From assembly GCA_963743635.1 (NCBI GenBank), contig CAVUQO010000002.1, positions 288,001 through 352,000 on the forward strand: a stretch of DNA of 64,000 nt, in the 5' to 3' direction. Position 1 is the first letter of the stretch. Every line of letters begins with the position of its first letter. Shown piece after piece: positions 52,534-62,639 of the stretch. A program made the translations under genes and the position numbers. The notes under the pieces are model-generated. The model worked only from the letters and a program-made list of their open reading frames with translations, was not told the origin of the DNA and did no database searches. Source of the DNA: Candidatus Babeliales bacterium (lineage in GTDB: Bacteria > Babelota > Babeliae > Babelales > Vermiphilaceae).

Positions 52534-53832
52534 ATGAAAGTTTCCATTCTCACGGTTTTTCCTGATATATATAACTGTTTTTTGCAGACCAGTTTAGTGC
52601 GTCGCGCGCAAGAAGCGGATCTCATTACGATTGAAACCCACGGGTTTATGTCCTATGTGCCGCCCAAAGTGCGCATCGACTCTCCTACGTTTGGTCCTTC
52701 TGCAGGTATGCTTATTCGGCCAGATGTGGTTGAACAGGCGATAGATTCATGTGAAAAAACACATGGCAATGCATTTAAAATCTTCTTTTCTCCGCATGGC
52801 AAAAAATTAGACCAACCACTTCTGCAATCGTTAGCCGATCGTTTAAAGGAACAAAAGCATTTGATGCTTATTCCTGCTCGCTACGAAGGTATGGATGCAC
52901 GCGTTGAGCAGTATTATGCCGATGAGATCATTTCCGTTGGTGATTTTGTACTCATGGGCGGTGATATACCAGCGATGATGTTGCTTGAAGGGTTGATGCG
53001 TTTGATACCAGGCGTCATCGGCAAACAGGAGTCAATCGAACGAGAATCGTTCAGGGGACCGTTTGTGGATCATCCTGAGTATACGGCGCCCGTCGATTGG
53101 AAAGGTATGCTGGTGCCCGAAATTGTACGCTCTGGACATCATGCGGCAATTGAGGCCTGGCGTCGGGAACAGTCTGCTGAACGAACAGTGCTTTCTCATT
53201 TTTCTTGGTTACGCGCTGCACCAATGACGGTTGCTGAGCGTGATCTTGCTAAAAAATACATTCCCAATCACTATGCCGTATTAATGCATGCGGATGTTAT
53301 GGTGCGTGGGAGTGATCAAGTGGGTACTACTTCGGTGACGTCTATTGATATTCATGATATTGCCAGATCAGCAAAAACGTATGGATTGGAACAATTTTTT
53401 ATTGTAACGCCTTTGCGTGATCAGCAGCATATCGTAAAAACGCTCCTTGATTTCTGGCAAAAGGGTGCCGGTTTTGAGTATAACGAATCTCGGTTCGAGG
53501 CGCTCAAGCAGGTGAATTTGCTCGATTCGCTGGATCAGGTTATGGCCGCGATAGAAGAAAAAGAGGGCAAAAAGCCACTCCTGGTGGTCACTTCAGCACG
53601 AGAAATGGGTAGCATTCCGACGATATCATATGAAGATCAGGCAATTGTATGGGCACATAAGCGTCCTGTATTGCTGATATTTGGTACCGGCGGGGGATTG
53701 TCTGAGGCTCTCATAGAGCGCTGCGATTACCTGCTCAAGCCAATTAAAGGCTTTTCATCCTATAATCATCTATCGGTCCGTTCTGCAGCAGCAGTGATAT
53801 TTGACCGGTGGTTGGGATTGAATGAAAAATAA
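52534..53832 (+). CDS. trmD: tRNA (guanine-N1)-methyltransferase TrmD fused to a second SPOUT-type methyltransferase domain
   Basis: RYEGMDARV, SVGDFVLMGGD, SGHH; C-terminal DIHDIARSAKTYG..FGTG..YNHLSVRSAAAVIFDR. Confidence 0.93.
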   Translation: MKVSILTVFPDIYNCFLQTSLVRRAQEADLITIETHGFMSYVPPKVRIDSPTFGPSAGMLIRPDVVEQAIDSCEKTHGNAFKIFFSPHGKKLDQPLLQSLADRLKEQKHLMLIPARYEGMDARVEQYYADEIISVGDFVLMGGDIPAMMLLEGLMRLIPGVIGKQESIERESFRGPFVDHPEYTAPVDWKGMLVPEIVRSGHHAAIEAWRREQSAERTVLSHFSWLRAAPMTVAERDLAKKYIPNHYAVLMHADVMVRGSDQVGTTSVTSIDIHDIARSAKTYGLEQFFIVTPLRDQQHIVKTLLDFWQKGAGFEYNESRFEALKQVNLLDSLDQVMAAIEEKEGKKPLLVVTSAREMGSIPTISYEDQAIVWAHKRPVLLIFGTGGGLSEALIERCDYLLKPIKGFSSYNHLSVRSAAAVIFDRWLGLNEK

Positions 53833-53834
53833 CT

Positions 53835-53984
53835 CCTTCGAGACGGCCTGACGGCACTCCTCAGGATGAGCGGAAACGGTTCATGGTGAGCTCTGATTCT
53901 TCAACTAGCTCAGAACTAAAGGCGCTAAAAGTCATTTATCCTGAGTTTGATGAAGGGAACGACGGAAGCGAAGGGATCGAAGGA
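53835..53984. repeat. Cluster of REP-like units
   Basis: CCTTCGAGACG..CTCAGGATGAGCGG; GTTCATGGTGAGC; TCCTGAG..ATCGAAGGA. Confidence 0.6.
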
Positions 53985-54193
53985 CGCCGGGCAAGCAGGA
54001 TTGATCGGGAAATAGATATCATTTTCATATCTAAAAATCGATCGGTCATAGATTTTGATTGGCAAAATAAGCTTTTTTTGATATATTTTCTTATATTCGT
54101 GAAAATCAGGTGTTTTGCTAATGGATTGGATCGAATAGAATCATAAGAAAATTCAGTAATTTTCAGAGCACTTAGTATCAAAGGTTTTCAGGT

Positions 54194-54628
54194 ATGAAAG
54201 CAAAAAAATTCACCCGCGAAACAATTCGCGATCTAGGGACTTACGAACGCCCCTTTCTAAATATAGAAGTAGGCAGCACCGTAGCAGTATCTCAACGTAT
54301 TAAAGAAGGCGACAAAGAACGTATCCAGGTCTTTGAAGGTGACGTTATTGGCATCAGCAATAATGGTCCATCTAGCACGTTTACGGTTCGTAAAATCGGT
54401 GCAAACTCAATTTCAGTAGAACGTATTTTTCCATTCTATTCTCCGCTTATTGAAAACATACGTTTTGTTAAAAAGGGTAAAGTTCGTCGCGCAAAACTGT
54501 ACTATATGAGAGATCGTGTTGGTAAAGCTGCTCGCGTTGAAGAGAAAATATTGACCAAAGAGCAAAAAGCACGCGCACAAGCGTCTCATGCTTCTGCGGT
54601 TGAAGCTCACGCTCCAGAACAAGAGTAA
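54194..54628 (+). CDS. rplS: 50S ribosomal protein L19
   Basis: [36 protein letters not shown]. Confidence 0.97.
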   Translation: MKAKKFTRETIRDLGTYERPFLNIEVGSTVAVSQRIKEGDKERIQVFEGDVIGISNNGPSSTFTVRKIGANSISVERIFPFYSPLIENIRFVKKGKVRRAKLYYMRDRVGKAARVEEKILTKEQKARAQASHASAVEAHAPEQE

Positions 54629-54637
54629 TAAAAATCA

Positions 54638-54670
54638 AGGGGCGTCCAGAAATGGACGCCCCTTTTTTTT
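54638..54670 (+). terminator. Rho-independent terminator
   Basis: AGGGGCGTCCA-GAAA-TGGACGCCCC followed by T8. Confidence 0.92.
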
Positions 54671-54685
54671 GAGGGAGATTCATAG

Positions 54686-55291
54686 ATGCGTCATGCGTTA
54701 ATATCTATGCTAATGGTGATGGCGATCGCGCTCGGTTCGTGCAGCGGATCGAAGCACGTTAAGCCGAAGGCATTACACGTTCATCCTTCAGCGAGTGAGG
54801 CGCACGTTCTTGCGCAACATAAAGAAGCAAATCCCTTTGCAGACTTATCCCTTGATGATATTCGTAATAACCGAGAATTTTTTGATACTGAAATCGCCAC
54901 CGGTGATCGCGCTACTCAGAAGAATGATCGTCGACAGATGCTTTCAGATGAGCATGAAGCTCGTCTGATTGATATCGCAATTCCCTTTGGAGCTCAATTT
55001 CTTGAGCAGTATGCGGATTCAGAATCTGCGGATAATGAAAAAGTCCTTGGTTATATAACCAGAATGTCCGTCACGGAACTGGTAGGATTTTACACTGAGC
55101 AGATGGAACGATTAGGATGGAGCTGTACGAGCCACGTGCGTGGATACGAGCAGCTTCTTTTATTTGAACGGCCTGATCGGCTCTGTGCAATCGTTATGCG
55201 ATCAGCCTCCGGTGCGCACCAGGGTGATATGCCGCTGACGAAAATCGTGATATTCATATCCCATCTGTCGTCAGGCTCCCTACTACGCTAA
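54686..55291 (+). CDS. Putative lipoprotein
   Basis: Lipobox LGSC; FYTEQMERLGW. Confidence 0.75.
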   Translation: MRHALISMLMVMAIALGSCSGSKHVKPKALHVHPSASEAHVLAQHKEANPFADLSLDDIRNNREFFDTEIATGDRATQKNDRRQMLSDEHEARLIDIAIPFGAQFLEQYADSESADNEKVLGYITRMSVTELVGFYTEQMERLGWSCTSHVRGYEQLLLFERPDRLCAIVMRSASGAHQGDMPLTKIVIFISHLSSGSLLR

Positions 55292-55462
55292 AGCTTCGAA
55301 GGGCAGGCAGGGCGATCGGGAATAGGATTAACAAAAAAATACCCTCCCCCCGTCTTCGCTTTTACTTCGAAGTTTTACTTCACGATGTGTTTTGCTACGT
55401 CGGGCTGCGCCGTTCGTGCCGAGTGTTGGTAATTTCCGAAGGAAATGACCAATGTGCGAGGT
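55276..55462. repeat. Cluster of three repeat types (33-bp, 57-bp, REP unit)
   Basis: Matches 31682, 49172 and the 31793 arm respectively. Confidence 0.75.
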
Positions 55463-55485
55463 ATTGTAATAAAATAATATTTCTT

Positions 55486-55536
55486 AAAAAGCAAAAGAGC
55501 ACGTAAGAGATAATCTTGCGTGCTCTTTTGCTTTTT
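55486..55536. terminator. Bidirectional terminator
   Basis: AAAAAGCAAAAGAGCACG..CGTGCTCTTTTGCTTTTT. Confidence 0.85.
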
Positions 55537-55546
55537 AACGGGGAGT

Positions 55547-55957
55547 TTACGAGTAGAGCTCTTCGAATTCTTCGATTACAACTGGTTGGTATGCATTTCT
55601 TTGTTGAGCTGGCGTGTTTTTAGTTTCTTTTTTGTGATGGCGTGATGACTGCTTAGACTGCGCTTCTTTGTCTGACTTGTTTTTGTCAGATTTCATAGCT
55701 TTATCTTTGCGTTCTTTCATCACATCGTTTCTGCCACGTGCATACTCTTTTTTCTCTTCTTCTCTCTCATATTTACGTTGTTTTCTATTGTGTGTTTCAT
55801 CTCTTCTGCCGGCCCAGTATGCATGTTTTTCTCTCCACGTTCTGTGGACATGCGCTGGCTTTTGTTCAGCTTCCGTTTTAGGAGCGGCTTGAACTACCTG
55901 CAGTGCTAACACGTTACAGATAATGATAGCGGCAAGAAACTTATTGATTAAATTCAT
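55547..55957 (-). CDS. Secreted highly charged protein
   Basis: Signal peptide; K/R/E-rich; AYWAGRRDE, EYARGRND. Confidence 0.75.
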   Translation of the reverse strand: MNLINKFLAAIIICNVLALQVVQAAPKTEAEQKPAHVHRTWREKHAYWAGRRDETHNRKQRKYEREEEKKEYARGRNDVMKERKDKAMKSDKNKSDKEAQSKQSSRHHKKETKNTPAQQRNAYQPVVIEEFEELYS

Positions 55958-55989
55958 AGTGTTTCCTTTTTATTAAACTTAACTTTTAA

Positions 55990-56355
55990 CTACTCTTGAT
56001 CTTGGTTACGTTCAGAGCGTTCGCGTCTGCGTTCACGTCTGCTTTGGCGTCTGTTAGAAGATTTAGATTCAGACTTGTTGCCAGATTTGATTTTGTTGCG
56101 TTCCTGTTCTCTGCAGCGATCATATTGTCTTTGTTTATAGCCACGTACCCATTCATGTCGGGGCGCGCCGTTTCTTTCATCTTCTTTACCCATTTGGCAC
56201 GCGTTGGTACCAACATGGAAGCCTAAGCCACTGTTATCATTATCATTATCGCCGCCAATGTGAAAACCAATATCCGCGATTGTTGTTTGTTGAATGCATA
56301 CTCCACTAATAACAACTATTGCTACCAATGTTTTTGCCTTTTTTACCCAATTCAT
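55990..56355 (-). CDS. Secreted Arg-rich protein
   Basis: Signal peptide; IGFHIG/LGFHVG; RRQSRRERRRER. Confidence 0.72.
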   Translation of the reverse strand: MNWVKKAKTLVAIVVISGVCIQQTTIADIGFHIGGDNDNDNSGLGFHVGTNACQMGKEDERNGAPRHEWVRGYKQRQYDRCREQERNKIKSGNKSESKSSNRRQSRRERRRERSERNQDQE

Positions 56356-56438
56356 TTTATCTCCTTTTAAAATGGGTTAATCATTACTTTAACTATATCG
56401 AAAATAAGTGCCTAAAATCAATAGTTTTTAATTATTCA

Positions 56439-56996
56439 TTAATCTTGTTCTTGGTATTGCAGGTTCATTGGCTGTCGCGGGGCATTCCGTCTTTGGGTAG
56501 AATAAGTAGGGCGTTTTACGGGGCCTCTTGGGCGGACATTGCCGGGGCGATTAGGGCGTCGAGCCTGCATATCCTGCGTAGCATCTTCCCAGCCACTGTC
56601 GTAGGCGTCACGTTCTGATCTATGTTTGAAATGTTTTTGGTAGTGTCTGCCATACTGCGCATCATGCATACCGCGATCGTACGCTCTGCGTTCTGCTCTT
56701 TGTCTTTCTTGACGTCTGCGTCGATCATGACGTTCGCTACGACTGCCTTCAGTAGCGGCAAGACCAAAAAGAAGGCCAGCACCAGCACCAATAGCAGCGC
56801 CTCTGCCACCACCAGCTGCTCCGCCGACAAGGGCGCCCGTAGCGGTTGTACCTAAGACGGTTCCTGCCTCTCTACCTCGTCGATCTCTATCGTAATAATA
56901 ATCATCGTCATAATAGGCGCGTGCGGTTTGTGCCACAACCATGCTGCTTACAGCGAGTATTGCGAGCAATTGCTGCTTCTTAGTTATCCAATTCAT
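56439..56996 (-). CDS. Secreted glycine-zipper, Arg-rich protein
   Basis: TGALVGGAAGGGRGAAIGAGAGLLFG; AYDRGMHD, AYDSGWED. Confidence 0.8.
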   Translation of the reverse strand: MNWITKKQQLLAILAVSSMVVAQTARAYYDDDYYYDRDRRGREAGTVLGTTATGALVGGAAGGGRGAAIGAGAGLLFGLAATEGSRSERHDRRRRQERQRAERRAYDRGMHDAQYGRHYQKHFKHRSERDAYDSGWEDATQDMQARRPNRPGNVRPRGPVKRPTYSTQRRNAPRQPMNLQYQEQD

Positions 56997-57032
56997 TATT
57001 ATCTCCTTTTTAAAATGGGTTTATCTATCTCT

Positions 57033-57419
57033 TTATCTTCCAGGAATATTGTTATTGCCATACATCGGTCCATGGTCATACAGATCTGGAACGCTGGTTC
57101 TCTTTTCGTAATATAGTTTATTGACGCGCGATCGGAATGCTGAACGAGCAATTTTGCCTTCTGCTAAGTCTTTGGCATATTCCTGTCTACCGAGTCTGTA
57201 GGCTTCTTTTTTTCGTGAAAGTCGGTAAAGTTCGTTTTCGCGGTATGGCTTATTATGCTCTTCGTCGTATCTACCTTGCTGGTATGCCTGTGAATCTCTG
57301 AGATCTTGCACGTGTCCATTGGCATTTTTGCCGTTAGCAGCACATAATAATGGCGTTACGCCCGCAATATAGAGCACCGCGATTGTGATAATTATTTTTG
57401 ATTTTTTTACCCTGTTCAT
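57033..57419 (-). CDS. Secreted basic protein
   Basis: Signal peptide; AYQQGRYDE, AYRLGRQE. Confidence 0.75.
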   Translation of the reverse strand: MNRVKKSKIIITIAVLYIAGVTPLLCAANGKNANGHVQDLRDSQAYQQGRYDEEHNKPYRENELYRLSRKKEAYRLGRQEYAKDLAEGKIARSAFRSRVNKLYYEKRTSVPDLYDHGPMYGNNNIPGR

Positions 57420-57579
57420 AACCGTCCCTTTTTAAATTGGTTATTATTTACTTTAACTATATTAAAATAAGGACTTAAAAATCAATGATATGGTATTAAA
57501 AATAAAAGAATTACCTGCGTTTGCAGGAATGGAGGGGTAAAAAGGAGAGGCCTGCTACCCGTAGGGACAGGAGGAGGTT

Positions 57580-57625
57580 AATAAAAACCCCCTGGGACAT
57601 CATGTGTACACAGGGGGTTTTTATT
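57580..57625. terminator. Terminator hairpin
   Basis: AATAAAAACCCCCTG..CAGGGGGTTTTTATT. Confidence 0.8.
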
Positions 57626-57668
57626 GTTTTTTCAGTCAAGTTTCGACGTACTGATTTTTATCCGCATC

Positions 57669-58118
57669 CTAGTTTTGATTTAGAGGTTGCGTACGCGTCG
57701 CTGGTTGTTGTGCCAAGTTGTGTGCGATTTCCATTAAGTATTTATGTAGCCATTGTGACATTTCTGTGCCTTGTTCACCATCTTCCTCTAATAATAGAGG
57801 TTTTATTGCTAGATAGCGTGTATGGAGCTTATTTAATCGAGAGTGTGCGGCATAGTATCCAAGCGCATCTATTGCTTGCCAGGTTTCAAGCACGGTATTA
57901 GGAAAGTTACTGAAATCATCAGCGCACTTTGCCTTGAACTTTATTGAATTTTCCGTCCATTCGTTCTGCGGTATAACGCAGGTTTTGCGGCAATCTTCGA
58001 AGGTCATGCTCATTACTTGTCGGCAGCTAGCGAGGTCCTCATCCCGACCAGCAGATGCATTCTGGGTCGTCAGAAGGGCAGACAAGTATATTACTGTTGA
58101 AAGTATCTGTTTTTTCAT
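57669..58118 (-). CDS. Secreted helical protein
   Basis: Signal peptide; RYLAIK..MSQWL motif shared with 60573. Confidence 0.75.
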   Translation of the reverse strand: MKKQILSTVIYLSALLTTQNASAGRDEDLASCRQVMSMTFEDCRKTCVIPQNEWTENSIKFKAKCADDFSNFPNTVLETWQAIDALGYYAAHSRLNKLHTRYLAIKPLLLEEDGEQGTEMSQWLHKYLMEIAHNLAQQPATRTQPLNQN

Positions 58119-58195
58119 TATTTTTCCTTTGTTATATAGCTGCAATATGTGTTTATTCTTTAATTATATATTACAATAAGACTTATTGCAAAGGC

Positions 58196-58618
58196 CTATT
58201 GAGGTATTATTATTGCGGTTAATGCTGTTTTGGTCTCATTAAGCTTAACATCTTGTGGCTGTTGCCTGGGATTCTTTAAAAAGTCGAGCAAATAATTTTG
58301 ATCATTTGTCTCTGCTGAGGCATTCGACGCATGCTGACGGCGTTCCCATATACTCATCTTCTCAGCTGAGTTCGATACCAATGCCTTTGCTTGCAGTGAT
58401 GCACGTGTATGACCGCTCGGTTTAAAGTTTAAGGTTGCAGGATGTGGCAGTGGTATAGTTCTTTGAGTTCTTTCCCGGTACCGCTCTTGCTTTAAGGCCA
58501 GGCAAACAAGGTGCCAGATAGTAATTTCATCCTGCGATAGGCAGCCCTGGCCCGCATGGGCGGGGAAAATGGTGGCGCATGCGAAGATTATTGTTATGCC
58601 ATACATTGATCGATGCAC
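58196..58618 (-). CDS. Secreted hypothetical protein
   Basis: Signal ..PAHA|GQGCLS. Confidence 0.65.
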   Translation of the reverse strand: MHRSMYGITIIFACATIFPAHAGQGCLSQDEITIWHLVCLALKQERYRERTQRTIPLPHPATLNFKPSGHTRASLQAKALVSNSAEKMSIWERRQHASNASAETNDQNYLLDFLKNPRQQPQDVKLNETKTALTAIIIPQ

Positions 58619-58730
58619 TATGTTCGTACTCTTATTATGAGATTTATGATTGCTTAATATACTGCGCCAATTGATTAATTTTTACTGCCCCCAGAAGGAG
58701 CACAAGAACGTCAGCGGCGATGCGTTGAAT

Positions 58731-60311
58731 TTATTCATCATCCCCATCATCATCATAGTCGTCGGGATTTGAACTATTGTCATTATCCTCGTCATCATCA
58801 TCGTCGTCATCATCATCGTCTTCAGCATTGAGCATACTTTGCATCTTCTGGATGCCCGCTAATGCCCGCGTGGTTTTATTGGCAAGAGTTATTCGTTGCA
58901 GATCCATTATTTTTTGAATATCGGTTGATTCTTGATTCTCGGGCGGCAGTGTGGGAATAATGTCGACGCCCAGATCTTGCGCAAAGCGATTTCTCAGCCG
59001 GTCACGCAGTGCGATATGTTCGGGATCTTCTACAGTAATGCCTTTGAGATAAAGAAGGCCCATATTAAGAACGTTTTGATAATGCTGTTGCCATTGCTTA
59101 ATGCGCTTAAGGTTTTGCGCATACGGTTTTACGTGATTGGCCTCAAGATTGCTTACATTTTCACTGATTTCTTGTGCGATGGAGATCATGCAGGGGGCGT
59201 CTTGCTTGATTTCAGGTGAGTGTAATATCGAACGCTTTTCTTGCTGATATGCTCGTAAATAAGAGGGAATATCTACCAAAGAATATTGTTCGCTTTCGGT
59301 ATTTGCGAAAACGAGGACGTTGAGCATGCTGAGCTTATCTGCCTGATCGATCATAGTGCGGGCGATAGCTTGAGACTCCGTTTTTAAGAAGTGATCACGG
59401 AATCCCTCATGCGCCATGATATTCGAGCGTTTGTGTATGGCATTAGTGTCATGGGCGTGTGAATGCAGGAGCGGCAAAAAGCCGGGATTTTTGGGGGTTG
59501 ATTGTGCTGCGGGCTGTGCAGCTTCAGGATCATCGTCGTCGTCATCATTTTCATCAATATGCACTCGCTTTAGATCATTGGTTACGATATCGTCCGAATC
59601 AGACGCATCTAAAAGTGTTCTTTTGTGAGATCCAGCTGCCGGAGCAGATGCTGGTGTTGTAGGCGTTTGGTTATTTGGAGGTATGCAGGACAAGGCAGAA
59701 AACTGGAGCATCTTCGAGGCGAGGTTGATTTCCTGATGTTCTAGGCGTAATTTGGCGATGGTTCTTGTTTGAGTGGTTATAAAAAATCGCTCATCAGAGT
59801 CATATTTGTTTAATATATTGCGTAAGTCAGTGATGAGGCAATGATACGGATTAGAAGCTTCAATATACGGGATTGCGCTGTGCGCGAACCTGTTGTAATA
59901 GAGTTGTAATCGCAAGATTCTTTCGGCCATTTCAGAATAGGTATAATTTATGCGTGGACCGATGTGGAGCCTGCGGTGAGAGGTGCGTGCGATATTTGCT
60001 TCAGTTTCTTTAATGTTGTTGATTATTTTTTGTATATCTCCGGCTAAAAGGTCCAATTGAGTTACAGGTTTTTCCTCTTTGATTATTTGGCGGCACAATG
60101 TTTGTTGATCCCATGGTTCTCCAGAGAATAGATCCTTGTCTTCAAAAATCTCTATAGCCTCTTGTGCAACATTTTTTCGAATATTTTGCAGTTCCGCGGT
60201 TAATCGATCGGTAACTTCTTCGCTTGGCGCGGCGATGAGTGTAGATGCTGCAATAAGAATGTAGAGCGTGAATGCTGCGGCGATACGCATTAGTGTTTGT
60301 ATTTTGTTCAT
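58731..60311 (-). CDS. Secreted protein with poly-Asp tracts
   Basis: Signal peptide; two helical halves, each followed by an acidic tract; poly-D C-terminus. Confidence 0.85.
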   Translation of the reverse strand: MNKIQTLMRIAAAFTLYILIAASTLIAAPSEEVTDRLTAELQNIRKNVAQEAIEIFEDKDLFSGEPWDQQTLCRQIIKEEKPVTQLDLLAGDIQKIINNIKETEANIARTSHRRLHIGPRINYTYSEMAERILRLQLYYNRFAHSAIPYIEASNPYHCLITDLRNILNKYDSDERFFITTQTRTIAKLRLEHQEINLASKMLQFSALSCIPPNNQTPTTPASAPAAGSHKRTLLDASDSDDIVTNDLKRVHIDENDDDDDDPEAAQPAAQSTPKNPGFLPLLHSHAHDTNAIHKRSNIMAHEGFRDHFLKTESQAIARTMIDQADKLSMLNVLVFANTESEQYSLVDIPSYLRAYQQEKRSILHSPEIKQDAPCMISIAQEISENVSNLEANHVKPYAQNLKRIKQWQQHYQNVLNMGLLYLKGITVEDPEHIALRDRLRNRFAQDLGVDIIPTLPPENQESTDIQKIMDLQRITLANKTTRALAGIQKMQSMLNAEDDDDDDDDDDEDNDNSSNPDDYDDDGDDE

Positions 60312-60488
60312 GATTTGTTGTCCCTGCAATAAGTATCTTGTATTTAAATAAACATATGCAGCATATCAAAAACGCAATGTATAGGGCAAATGATTGCTAT
60401 TGGAAAATCTGTTTTATGCGCAATTTGCCTCGTATTGAATTGATTAAAATTGCATCAAGTGGGCAATAAAAGCATAAAGTGAGTCTAT

Positions 60489-60525
60489 AAAAAAAATCCC
60501 CTTGTAATCTACAAGGGGATTTTTT
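60489..60525. terminator. Terminator hairpin
   Basis: AAAAAATCCCCTTGTA..TACAAGGGGATTTTTT. Confidence 0.85.
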
Positions 60526-60572
60526 GAAATTGCTTTGATTCTGTAAACATCTTTTGAATGCGGAACTTCTAT

Positions 60573-61403
60573 TTACTTTGAATTTTTTGTAATTTCGTTT
60601 TCTACCAAGTTCTGAGCAGCTTGTTCTAGTTTTTTCGCAAGCCATTGAGACATCTGTCGTCCATCCGTAGTTTCTTCCAATTGGCTTTTTATCGCTAGAT
60701 AACGCTTGTTGAGATGAGAGCATTCTTGAATCAAGTCGCTATCAAGAAAAAATTGTGATTCGCCGAGCAATAAGTCCACCCTTTTAGGAAAATTAGTTGG
60801 CCTTGCATAAGCGGAGAGGTTTGCAGAATTTTTGCTGAATCTACTCACTTTGGTTTGCCAATCTAACATGAGCGCTTTCTCATATATGATATCGCCACAA
60901 GAAGGCTGTTTGTCTAGTTTAACATTCATTACAGCTTGGCATTCGCGAAAATCTCGTAATGCCATCCTGTTAGCGTATGCGCTAGTCATATCAGGATCGT
61001 TATAGGTTATATTGTAGTTGCAAAAATGTTTGGACGCGCCTGGGTTAAATTCATTTGAGTTAGCAATCAATGCCTTAGCGGAAGAGGTTAGGTGATTTGC
61101 AATTGTTTTTGACCTCTTGTCCCCCCCTGGAGTTGCTTCTAAGCGTTCTTTTATTGCGCCATAGTCATCAGACAACGTTTTGTATGTAGTAAGCGTGCGA
61201 CTATAGAAGTCAGCATCGCCACACCATGGGAGAGGTGCTTCAAGAGCGAGGCAGCGTGCCTCCTGCTCGAGATCAGTTACTAAATTGCTGAATTCAGCAT
61301 TATCCATAGTAGGTTTGTTATTCATAGCAGATAGACTATCTACTGCAAAAATGCTGCATAAGACAACAATTCTAAAAAAATCGTTAGCATGTCTGTTTTT
61401 CAT
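60573..61403 (-). CDS. Secreted helical protein
   Basis: Signal ..SLSA|MN; RYLAIK..MSQWL. Confidence 0.8.
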   Translation of the reverse strand: MKNRHANDFFRIVVLCSIFAVDSLSAMNNKPTMDNAEFSNLVTDLEQEARCLALEAPLPWCGDADFYSRTLTTYKTLSDDYGAIKERLEATPGGDKRSKTIANHLTSSAKALIANSNEFNPGASKHFCNYNITYNDPDMTSAYANRMALRDFRECQAVMNVKLDKQPSCGDIIYEKALMLDWQTKVSRFSKNSANLSAYARPTNFPKRVDLLLGESQFFLDSDLIQECSHLNKRYLAIKSQLEETTDGRQMSQWLAKKLEQAAQNLVENEITKNSK

Positions 61404-61669
61404 CAGTTTTCCCTTAAAAAAGTTATTAATACTATTTACAGTTTATCACAAAAAGCATCAATATCAAATGCCTTTTTGATATTGAGAGTAATTTTTTAGG
61501 TATAAGTGCAGAAGAATTAATCCTGTTATTGAGAAAGAATAGCAGCGATTATGGTGACAATCAGAATGCGTCGGGGGGCTATGGGTGGCATTGCCTGGTA
61601 TCCGTATCGGATGAGGAGCATGTTATGGTGATAGTGGTGCTATGATTGTCTTATGTAATGAAAAGTACT

Positions 61670-62140
61670 TTATATATTTGCAAAAAAGCAGCATCGGCGT
61701 TGATAGGCTTGTTCTACTCGTCGTCGTTCGAAAAGATTAGTAGTTGGAGCATGATTCTTTCTTCGTTCTTCAATGATAGCAGCTGTGAGGGGCACAATGC
61801 CTGGGCATACTGGGCCAAATAATAGGTGTTGGTTTTCTCCGGGCAGCTGTGAGTTTGGAGAGTGTTTGTTTTGTTTACTGCGTTCTTGTTCCATGAATAG
61901 ATAGTAGTAGACTATAGCCTCGTGATAATAAATTCTCTCATACGCTTGCTTGTTACATTGGCAAGGGCTCACGGGAGCAGGAAGAGTCTCGTCCGGTTTT
62001 ATTGTCGAGAACCACTCTTTATTCGCCACTCTTAAAAGATCAATATCATTAGTGGAGAGCCTTTCCATTGCACATAGCGTATGTGTGATAATCAGAGAGG
62101 AAATTAATAATAATAAAGATCGATTCATATAGGTGTTCAT
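61670..62140 (-). CDS. Secreted hypothetical protein
   Basis: Signal ..TLCA|ME; ends RRCCFFANI. Confidence 0.72.
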   Translation of the reverse strand: MNTYMNRSLLLLISSLIITHTLCAMERLSTNDIDLLRVANKEWFSTIKPDETLPAPVSPCQCNKQAYERIYYHEAIVYYYLFMEQERSKQNKHSPNSQLPGENQHLLFGPVCPGIVPLTAAIIEERRKNHAPTTNLFERRRVEQAYQRRCCFFANI

Positions 62141-62169
62141 TGTTTTTTTTTACTTAAAAATTTGAATAA

Positions 62170-62632
62170 TCAATTCGAAGTTTTTATATTGCAGACTGGC
62201 GTTCCAATAAAAGTGGCTGATACCAACCCCGCTGATTCTTTATTATCGAGATTATCGAAACGAAGCGTGCCGGATAGCTCTATTTTCTCACCAGTTTCCC
62301 ACTCGAGAGTTGCTGTTACGTTTTGCACTTGCAGCATGGTGTAAAGCGATGTGTGGCGAGAGCACTCTTCTTCATCATCATCATCGAACGCCAGGATCAT
62401 CGCCTCTATTGCTTGGGCCAATGCAGTTGCTGCTTTTTCTTGCAATGCTAAGGCAGCATCATATTCAATGTGATAGTTCTCAAAATATGCGAGTGCCTTC
62501 TCCGATGCCATTTCTGAGGCTAGTTTCGCTTGTATCGCGGGCAGCTTTCAGCTCTTTGAGTCCTGCATTTGCCGGCAATGCAGCGCAGAGCATGATTATG
62601 GTGATGGAAGTACATAGATTGGAGGATTTCAT
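62170..62632 (-). CDS. Secreted hypothetical protein (one frameshift near 62530)
   Basis: MKSSNLCTSITIIMLCAALPANA signal joins the 62170-62511 ORF if one base is removed. Confidence 0.6.
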
Positions 62633-62639
62633 ATAATTC

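Noticed and set aside
58535..58552. N-myristoylation signal GQGCLS after signal cleavage
   Set aside because: The Ser is one position off the G-x-x-x-S consensus; too weak to report alone
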